A stretch of 58,928 nt of DNA, the filler included, from Squatina squatina (lineage: Eukaryota): the NCBI GenBank assembly GCA_031763465.1. It is 3 parts of 3 records of this genome, joined end to end, with 100 filler letters (N's around TTAATTAATTAA, not from the genome) between each part and the next. Parts side by side here need not be neighbours in the genome. Positions count along the whole stretch, not along the records: positions 37,260 to 58,928 come from JARFOE010000013.1; 2 more parts are not named here. One strand, 5' to 3'. Positions 50,915 to 58,928 of the stretch are shown piece after piece. Positions within the stretch are counted from its first letter, which is position 1, and each line of letters begins with the position of its first letter. The notes under the pieces were generated by a model that was given only the letters and a program-made list of their open reading frames with translations, searched no databases and was not told the DNA's origin. The position numbers were made by a program, and so were the translations under genes.

Positions 50915-51126
50915 CATGTCTCTCGACGCGGGAGTCCTCCCACTTTCCATCGGGGACTTGGCCTGGAGGGTGTTGCACAGAGCAGTCCCGTGCAACGAAA
51001 TTTTTAAGTCGCTTCACGGACTCCCAGGCCGCCTGCCATTTCTGCGGCTGCGGGGAGTCCGTGTTCCACGTGTATGTCGAATGTGTGAGGTTGCAGCCCC
51101 TCTTTGAATATTTGCGGGGGCTGCTC
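50915..51126 (+). mobile_element. Tx1/L1-clade LINE ORF2 C-terminal zinc-finger fragment
   Basis: SLDAGVLPLSIGDLAWRVLHRAVPCN, then frameshifted SRFTDSQAACHFCGCGESVFHVYVECVRLQPLF (CxxC..H...C, zf-RVT type). Confidence 0.85.
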
Positions 51127-51408
51127 NNNNNNNNNNNNNNNNNNNNNNNNNNNNNNNNNNNNNNNNNNNNNNNNNNNNNNNNNNNNNNNNNNNNNNNNNN
51201 NNNNNNNNNNNNNNNNNNNNNNNNNNAGTAGAAAAAGCACTGGTAATGAGAAGCTCAATTAGGCTGTAAACAGATGCCATAATGCAATGTGACTAACCTA
51301 TTTAAGTTTGGGTTTGCAACTTTCTATTTAAAAGAATTCAGGTCATGCATTTACAACACTAATCAAGATTGAAAGTTACTGAATTAAATAAGCCAAGAAT
51401 GTTTGAAC

Positions 51409-51541
51409 CTGTGTCAATTTGTGATTCCTCAAGCTGCTGTTCAGATGGAAGGGTAGTGTAGTGATTCACCCGCTCGACTGCATTCATCTCCATTTCCATA
51501 TCTGCAAACTCCCGGATACACCAATTCAAATAAGTAGACAT
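51409..51541 (-). CDS. SUR-like ABCC transporter exon (end of TMD2)
   Basis: tttccag acceptor; [44 protein letters not shown] (cf. SUR1 [25 protein letters not shown]); donor GTTCAA is weak. Confidence 0.9.
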
Positions 51542-52858
51542 CTGGAAACAAAGAAATACTTGGTAAATGAAGGAAGCTGAAATAAGGAACATTAAAATTA
51601 CCCACTGTATTCTTGTGCACCTATTGTAACTTAATAGAGTGCCTTTGACAAAATAGAATGAGAGATGCTACAGCAGAGAAACAGATTATTTGACCTATTA
51701 CACCCAGGAACTGTCTACTCTAAACCATTTCCCTGTCCTTCCACCGCTATCCTTTTAGATGCTTCCTTTTTGAATAATTATCTAATTCCTTCTGAATGAT
51801 ATTATAATCTTTGTCTCAGCAGTTGCTTGTGGGAAAGCATTTCATGTTCTCATTAACCTGTGTGTGAAAAAAATCTTCTAACTTTCACCTTCATTCTTCT
51901 AGTGATAATCTGGAAGATGATTGTCGCATCCCTATCACCACAGAGTAGCTAATTCACCACGGAGCAGCAATTAAACCCATGTCTGGAAGGTTCTGTACTG
52001 TACTTATTAACAATTTAGAAGTGGCACAAATGCATGAAAGGATGCAGAGAAGAACAAAAACCCTGATCCCAATTGTAAAAAAGAGATTGGAGAGCTTAAG
52101 TTCTACAGTCTGGATAGAAATTTAAATTAGTGAAAAGTAAATTTAAAACCAATCTTGGNNNNNNNNNNNNNNNNNNNNNNNNNNNNNNNNNNNNNNNNNN
52201 NNNNNNNNNNNNNNNNNNNNNNNNNNNNNNNNNNNNNNNNNNNNNNNNNNNNNNNNNNNNNNNNNNNNNNNNNNNNNNNNNNNNNNNNNNNNNNNNNNNN
52301 NNNNNNNNNNNNNNNNNNNNNNNNNNNNNNNNNNNNNNNNNNNNNNNNNNNNNNNNNNNNNNNNNNNNNNNNNNNNNNNNNNNNNNNNNNNNNNNNNNNN
52401 NNNNNNNNNNNNNNNNNNNNNNNNNNNNNNNNNNNNNNNNNNNNNNNNNNNNNNNNNNNNNNNNNNNNNNNNNNNNNNNNNNNNNNNNNNNNNNNNNNNN
52501 NNNNNNNNNNNNNNNNNNNNNNNNNNNNNNNNNNNNNNNNNNNNNNNNNNNNNNNNNNNNNNNNNNNNNNNNNNNNNNNNNNNNNNNNNNNNNNNNNNNN
52601 NNNNNNNNNNNNNNNNNNNNNNNNNNNNNNNNNNNNNNNNNNNNNNNNNNNNNNNNNNNNNNNNNNNNNNNNNNNNNNNNNNNNNNNNNNNNNNNNNNNN
52701 NNNNNNNNNNNNNNNNNNNNNNNNNNNNNNNNNNAAAAAAAAAGAGGGAACATTGGCAGACTGCCAAAAATGAACTGAAAGTCATACACCAGATTTTGTA
52801 TAATATTGGCTATGTAAACATACTACCATCCAGATTTTATTTGCTTGCTCTCCTGTAC

Positions 52859-52972
52859 CTTTAAAGCATATACAATGGCAAGGCCTACGAGCCCAGCTTG
52901 CAGGTAGCCCAGTGTTGCTGTCAATAATGAGCAGAGTGCTGAAGCAAAAACAATACTTGTCCCAATTAAATC
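52859..52972 (-). CDS. SUR-like ABCC transporter exon (TMD2 helices)
   Basis: tttttcag acceptor; [38 protein letters not shown] (cf. SUR1 EYIGACVV..LSAGLVGLGLTYALM); 114 nt, phase 0/0, in frame with the exon starting at 51541. Confidence 0.92.
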
Positions 52973-53637
52973 CTGAAAAATAGAATTGACATTATTCATT
53001 TCTATACTTATTCATCCAAATTCAGGCACCAAAAATCTTAATTATATTAACAATTGTATCTTTTGGCAAACAAATTAAAATTTTTAACTTTGTCTTCTTT
53101 CAAGTATTATTTTTGTAGTTCCATATAGACTCTTTCACAACTACTGAAAATTAAAATCTAGTGAAAAAATACATTTTTGACACCTTACTGCCTTTCAAAA
53201 AAAAACATAAATACAAGTCCCAAATGGCAGTCTTCAGCTCTTAAAGCTGAATTTTCTTCCGCACCTAAAAAATTGGTAACAGTGCTTCAGCACTAACACA
53301 AATGGCTCGGCAAACCACAGACGGGGCAGCCACAGTGTGCCACACAGCACTTCAGTTTTGTACAAGGGGTACAACACTGTAAGAGATGTCCTCTACCCAC
53401 AGTGGCCAGGAGGCCAGCAGTATCTCCCCCACCACCTGGCTNNNNNNNNNNNNNNNNNNNNNNNNNNNNNNNNNNNNNNNNNNNNNNNNNNNNNNNNNNN
53501 NNNNNNNNNNNNNNNNNNNNNNNNNNNNNNNNNNNNNNNNNAAAGGACAGCAAAGATAATATACATACACTTTTGTTTAGTTAAATTACAATTGATACGG
53601 GTGTTAAATTCAATTGTCAGTTCAAGAATACACAAAC

Positions 53638-53752
53638 CTGAAATGACATGTGCAAGGGAACTGAAAAAAGCACATAATATTCCTCCACAAGCCAGCCCAA
53701 TGTATCCATAGAGGTAATGATTGGTAACGACACTTTCCACATCATTTTCATG
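53638..53752 (-). CDS. SUR-like ABCC transporter exon (TMD2)
   Basis: ccttag acceptor; HENDVESVVTNHYLYGYIGLACGGILCAFFSSLAHVIS(G); GTTTGT donor; in phase with the exon ending at 53920. Confidence 0.85.
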
Positions 53753-53919
53753 CTAAGGATATACAAGAAAAACAAAACAATAACGGTGGTTAAGTGGAAG
53801 GATATGACTGTTTATTAAGTAACAAGTTTAAATATTAACTCTGGTCTAACAATTAGTGGTAGAGCTAGGGTTACCAAAAGAATTTTTGGAAAGAAGACAA
53901 AAAGCATTTGATAACAGAC

Positions 53920-54209
53920 CTGAGTTGCAGTCGTCTCCGACTGGTTCCCTGCAGAGGACCACTCAGCTAGCCAGAAATCAACAGCTACTAGAAAGCTTTG
54001 CTTTGTTACGACTGCGAGAATTAAAAAAAACAAAAAGAAAAGGCCAATGGAGCGGGCATAAAGCCAATAGATTTTTAGGGATATGGATCCTTCTTCTTTT
54101 TCCTCTTCTTGGATCAGTTTTCCACTCAAATTATCATTGGGCTTTTTCTCCATTTTTGAAACTTCTTCTATTATTTCAACATTGGTTTCTTTTTTTTCTT
54201 TATGGTCAT
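53920..54209 (-). CDS. SUR-like ABCC transporter exon (NBD1-TMD2 linker and first TMD2 helix)
   Basis: [75 protein letters not shown] (cf. SUR LVAIDYWLAKWT); AG/GT boundaries. Confidence 0.92.
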
Positions 54210-55993
54210 CTAATAAAACACAATTTCACATGTCTTTAACTTCTGGAAAAAAAATGGTAAACACATAAACACACACAATATGGAGATATTTGCTTTGTCT
54301 CTAGTAATTCTGTTCTGTAACTAGCCATGTAATGGTGTGAGAGTTGATATTTATGGTTTCCAATGTGAAAATACCTGTTCTCCACTTAATGTCTTCTATT
54401 GATAAAAGTTGCATCACCTCCTGACTTGACATTTCTAATGCTCTCTCCACCCTATGTAAACTCCAACTCGCTCACCACATCCTGCACAAAGTCCTTGTTC
54501 ATCTATCACCCCAATTGGTTTTCGTTGGCTTCTCAACTATTAGCACACTGGGGTAGATTTTCAATTTGCCACTCGTGTATAAAACTGGCATTGTGAAATG
54601 GTGACCCATTATAGAAACCACCAGTTTTTCATTTCCCGTCCCCCTCCCCCCAGGCAACAACTCCATTGCCAATGGGAAGGCATTGCANNNNNNNNNNNNN
54701 NNNNNNNNNNNNNNNNNNNNNNNNNNNNNNNNNNNNNNNNNNNNNNNNNNNNNNNNNNNNNNNNNNNNNNNNNNNNNNNNNNNNNNNGTAAGGCGCGCAA
54801 TGTCATCGAGTCGCATACTGATCCCTCTACACCAGCCCGCAGGTCCCCTCTGCATCACTGGTGAGCCGGCTCAGGAATTGGAGGGTGGCTCACCGGCGAG
54901 GCCTGAGACGTTGGCAATGACGGGCTTTACCTGTCGTTGCTAAGGCCACTTAAAGGCACGGTGATAGCGCCACCGGCTGCTATGTTTTTCCATCGACTGC
55001 CTTCACCGCTGGCCCCACTTGCTGGCATGCCAGCCACGGACTCGGCTCCCTGGTGGCCCAGCAGGACTTGCCCAGCCTCTGTGGCCTCAGCCTGCGACCC
55101 TCCTCTTTAAGGCAGGGGCGAGGTTGCGGCTGACGTCATCACGTTGGCCTCAGCTAGCCACGCTGCGGACGCAACCCCGCACTGCTGGGGAATTGGCCAG
55201 GTCAGAGCCGTGGCAACACTTCCTTAGTGATGCCATGTTGCACTGATCCGGAATTGAGGGTAAGAGCTCAATTCCAGGTCAGCGCACTTCGCTGCTGGCC
55301 CGGTGCTCCCACGGTGAGGAGGCCTCACATGCAGCACCCTATTTGGGCGCTGTCCAATTGATATTTACTCCCAATTAGTATATCTTGCATACCACTTTGC
55401 TCTGTATTTTCAGTTTTAAAAATGAGAAGGGATGTAAATTAAATACAGAAGTAAAGGAATACATGCATACATATATACACACATAAAATATAAAGGCCAC
55501 TAACTTACAGTTTTTGCAGAATAATTGACAAATTATGAGATTCAATTTCTACATCTCAGTAAAAATCTCATTATACATTTTTTTTTAAATAATGCAATTT
55601 GATTTCTTCAGTCATGGTAAATCAGTTGCCTTGATTTCTCTTGAATGGCATAAACACCCTGTTGCCATAAAATAGCAAATCCTCTGACTCACCATGAGCT
55701 CTATAGGACATCTATTAATATTGCTGTCTTTTGTGTTGCAGTCTTCTTGATTCAAAGTACAACGAAACTTTTAAGCACTATATTCCCACTTTGCTGTTAG
55801 TTGCAAATTAATGGATAATTCAAACTATTTTTAGTATAAAAATCTGATTTATCTGGAGTAGATCATACTGCCTGCAACCATTATGTAATTATTTCTTAAA
55901 TTGCACACTAATGTTGTACAGCTGCTTTGAACAGATTTTGATTCATAAGCTCTCAAAGGTTTTCATAAATGATAATTTCTGAATACAACTCAC

Positions 55994-56068
55994 ATGTTGC
56001 AATGACATAAACAGCTCCTTTCAGCATATACTTCAGCTCCTTCTCCCTTGCCACCTCAACAGCCTTGA
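55994..56068 (-). CDS. SUR-like ABCC transporter exon (TMD1, 5'-truncated by gap)
   Basis: KAVEVAREKELKYMLKGAVYVIAT (cf. SUR1 [24 protein letters not shown]); GTGAGT donor, phase 1. Confidence 0.85.
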
Positions 56069-56168
56069 NNNNNNNNNNNNNNNNNNNNNNNNNNNNNNNN
56101 NNNNNNNNNNNNNNNNNNNNNNNNNNNNNNNNNNNNNNNNNNNNNNNNNNNNNNNNNNNNNNNNNNNN

Positions 56169-56690
56169 CCAGAACTCTGTACAGCTGTAACATAACTTCC
56201 AGCCCTCTATATTCCAGCCCTCTTGAGATAAAGGCCAACATTCCATGTTTTTAATTATTTTTTGTACCTGTCCACTAGCTTTTAGTGATCTCTCTACTTG
56301 GACCCCTAAATCTTTCTGCTCATCCACAGTTCCTAGCTTCTGGCCATTTAGAAAAAAAAAGTGGATGACACATTAAACACCATCTGCCACAGTTTTGCCC
56401 ACAAGCCTATCTATCAATGTCCTTTTGCAACTTTCTGCTCCCATCTGCACTATTTACTGTGCCATTTAACTTAAGTGTCATCAGCAAACTTCGATATCTG
56501 GCACTCTATTCTTCATCCCAGTCATTTATAAATATAGTGGAAAGTTGAGGCCCCAGAACAGATCCCTGAGGGACACCACTGGTCACATCCTGACAATTTG
56601 AGTACATACCCATTATCCCTACTCTCTTTCCCCTACCTCCTAACCAATTCCCGATCTAAGCCAATAGGCTGCATTCCAATTCCATGCACT
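56169..56690 (-). mobile_element. CR1-like LINE reverse-transcriptase fragment
   Basis: Antisense VTSGVPQGSVLGPQLSTIFINDLG..ISKFADDT and EQKDLGVQVERSLKASGQV..MLAFISRGLEYRGLEVMLQLYRVL. Confidence 0.9.
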
Positions 56691-58105
56691 TTCCATACTA
56701 GCATCTTTACCACAATTTATATTTAATGTTAACTTTTCAAAATAGTGGGCTGGATTTGACAGGTCAGATTGAATCCATAAGCCTCATGGTCTTGACAATC
56801 TCCCTAGGCTCAATGGAACTCACAGCACCTCTGCAATGGGCCTTCAAAAGTCCAGAAACATTTCCCTGGAACAGATGATTGATTACCTTGAAATAAATAA
56901 AACATTTGTTGTCAGCTATTCAGCTCTTCCCAGAACCCTCTGTGCCAGTCAGCAGCATGGAACCACTGGCAATTGGGGCAAATGCCTCAATTGTGCCTGC
57001 ACAAGCGAGGGACTCCCATCCAAACTATTTAAATAACTCTATCACCACACTTTTGGGATGGAGTGCACATCCTCTACTGTTGGGAGTCCAGCTCCTCAGC
57101 AGTGGAGCAGGAGCAGGGATCCCTAAACTTCAGGGCATGTGTGCTTAAAAAAAAAAGCTAGAAGATTAAAAGGGGTTTTTAAAAAAAAATGTAAAACTCT
57201 GGTCTGTTGTAGAACTAACAGCTGTAATAGGTCCTCACATAGCATGAATCACTTCAAAAGCACTTCAATCCCAAGTTTCAAGCCATTTAAGGAAGTTGCA
57301 CCTTGAAAAAGTTCACATCACAGTAAAATTTAAATAAAGCTTTAATTCTTTTTAAGCAAATGATAAATTAAATGTACAGTTACAAAGAAAAACTGTGACA
57401 ACACATAAAATAGTCCTATTGTCGAGGATTAATAAATCAAGGTTAGGTATGATGCTTTCATAAACTAAGTTTACATTTTGAATATGGAAAGTTTATGAAA
57501 TACATTTTTTTTCCTCAGAAATTATTGCTTTATTCACTTACATGCTGGAGTTCATCCNNNNNNNNNNNNNNNNNNNNNNNNNNNNNNNNNNNNNNNNNNN
57601 NNNNNNNNNNNNNNNNNNNNNNNNNNNNNNNNNNNNNNNNNNNNNNNNNNNNNNNNNTTTCAAAGAGCCAGCACGGGCATGAACGGCCAAATGGTCTCCT
57701 TCTGTGCGACATGATTCTATGAATGTGATCTGTGGCAAGGCTGTATTTATTGCCCATCCCTAGTTCCCCTGAGGTGATCCTCCTTGCCAGCTGAGTGACA
57801 TCAGAGGGCATCAAATTTCAACCACACAGAGCAAGTAGGGGAGGCAGGTTCCCTTACCTGAACAACATGAATGAACCTACTGAGTTTTTGTGAAAATCAT
57901 GCATTTTTCCCTTCTGCTGCCCACGCTTTTCCAGATTTACTGAATTCCATTTTATAAATTGCCATCATAGGATTTAAACTCTCAAACTCTGGGTTACTAA
58001 TCCTATTCATAGCCACTATATTACCATGCCCTGCATCTGGGTCACATGGCCAGATTCTCAATGGTAGATATGGATAGCGCAGAAAAAACATACAAGAACC
58101 CTTAC

Positions 58106-58291
58106 CTTCTCCGATTCCTTGGACTCTGCAGCCACAAATCTGAGAATACCATCAATGCAGAGTGGCCCACCTAATCCTGCCAGATCGCCTACAATCTTCA
58201 AAAATGCTGCTATCATGAAAGGCCTCCCAAAAGCCTTGTAATAAACCTTTCCTAGATCTCGTGACCCTGCTGTTCCTGAAGGTTTATTTTC
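58106..58291 (-). CDS. SUR-like ABCC transporter exon (L0 end and first TMD1 helix)
   Basis: [62 protein letters not shown] (cf. SUR AFGRxxxLSSTFRxLADLLGFAGPLCIxGI); 186 nt, phase 0/0, GTAAG donor. Confidence 0.93.
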
Positions 58292-58399
58292 CTAAAATTC
58301 ATAATAAAAGGCATTAATTTAAGTTCAAAGCATCATCCTCCCTTAGAAAAAATACACACTATTATCTAGATCCCAAGGATTTAATACAAGTTTACTTAC

Positions 58400-58456
58400 C
58401 TTTTGCTTATCATAATACATCTTTAATAAATCAAAGTTTTTCTGGGCAGTTTCTTC
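58400..58456 (-). CDS. SUR-like ABCC transporter exon (L0/lasso region)
   Basis: T-rich acceptor ending ttag; EETAQKNFDLLKMYYDKQK (cf. SUR1 AMRALTNYQRLCEAFDAQV); GTAAGT donor; in frame with the exon starting at 58291. Confidence 0.85.
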
Positions 58457-58856
58457 CTAAAAAGAAAATACGAACATAAGATTGGGCAATTTTAAAGTTT
58501 AGACTTCCAACACCAAGGCTACACTCACAGGAAAAATGATCCTTCAGACAAGGCACCCAAGGGTGACAATAGATTGGCACTCAAGGGTGGCAATGGATGC
58601 ACACCCAAAACCTTCAGTGCAGGGAGCAGGGGCAGGAAAGGGGGGAGTAAACTAAATAAATAGCCAAAGTTCTCATAAAAAGGAGAAAGTTCCAATTTCA
58701 AAATTTTAATTTACTTATTTGTTTTAAATGCTCCAGAATTTACCTTATTACTAATATAATTCCTTCTACACATATAGATTGAATTATCTGACAAGAACGA
58801 TACATTCAAATGATGGAGCGAACAAAATGTTAAACAGAAGATTTTCAAAGTAGGTT

Positions 58857-58928
58857 ATAGAACATAGAAAATACAGCACATAACAGGCCCTTCGGCCCAC
58901 GATGTTGTGCCGAACCTTTGTCCCAGAT
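58857..58928 (-). mobile_element. CR1-like LINE/SINE 3' tail
   Basis: atagaacatagaaaatacagcacataacaggcccttcggcccacgatgttgtgccg. Confidence 0.7.

Noticed and set aside
51409-58456. Assigning the symbol ABCC8 or ABCC9
   Set aside because: Divergence, linker type, intron pattern and neighbours do not support either orthology without a phylogeny

Overview
Eukaryotic, intron-rich vertebrate DNA, not prokaryotic. The repeat content (CR1-, RTE-, Tx1- and Penelope-like retroelements, a Deu-domain SINE, Harbinger remnants) suggests a cartilaginous fish, probably a shark. The assembly is very fragmentary, with many 100-N placeholder gaps that demonstrably hide exons. Two artificial N44-TTAATTAATTAA-N44 linkers (16414-16513, 37160-37259) join three unrelated scaffolds. 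Scaffold 1 (1-16413) holds 7 exons from the 3' half of WDR11 (+). Scaffold 2 (16514-37159) holds the last two exons of DCUN1D4 (+), one SGCB exon (-) and three SPATA18/MIEAP exons (+), in the human 4q12 order. Scaffold 3 (37260-58928) holds an RDH10 exon (-), the last coding exon and 3'UTR exon of RPL7 (+), a C8orf89-like gene that appears frame-disrupted (+), and seven exons of a divergent sulfonylurea-receptor-like ABCC transporter (-) that is not in the ABCC8 or ABCC9 neighbourhood. Best leads: a possible third, ancestral-type SUR lineage; a candidate C8orf89 unitary pseudogene; a stray copy of upstream RPL7 coding sequence inside an RPL7 intron. Gene identities come from my recall of vertebrate protein sequences plus splice-phase checks by hand; no database search was run.
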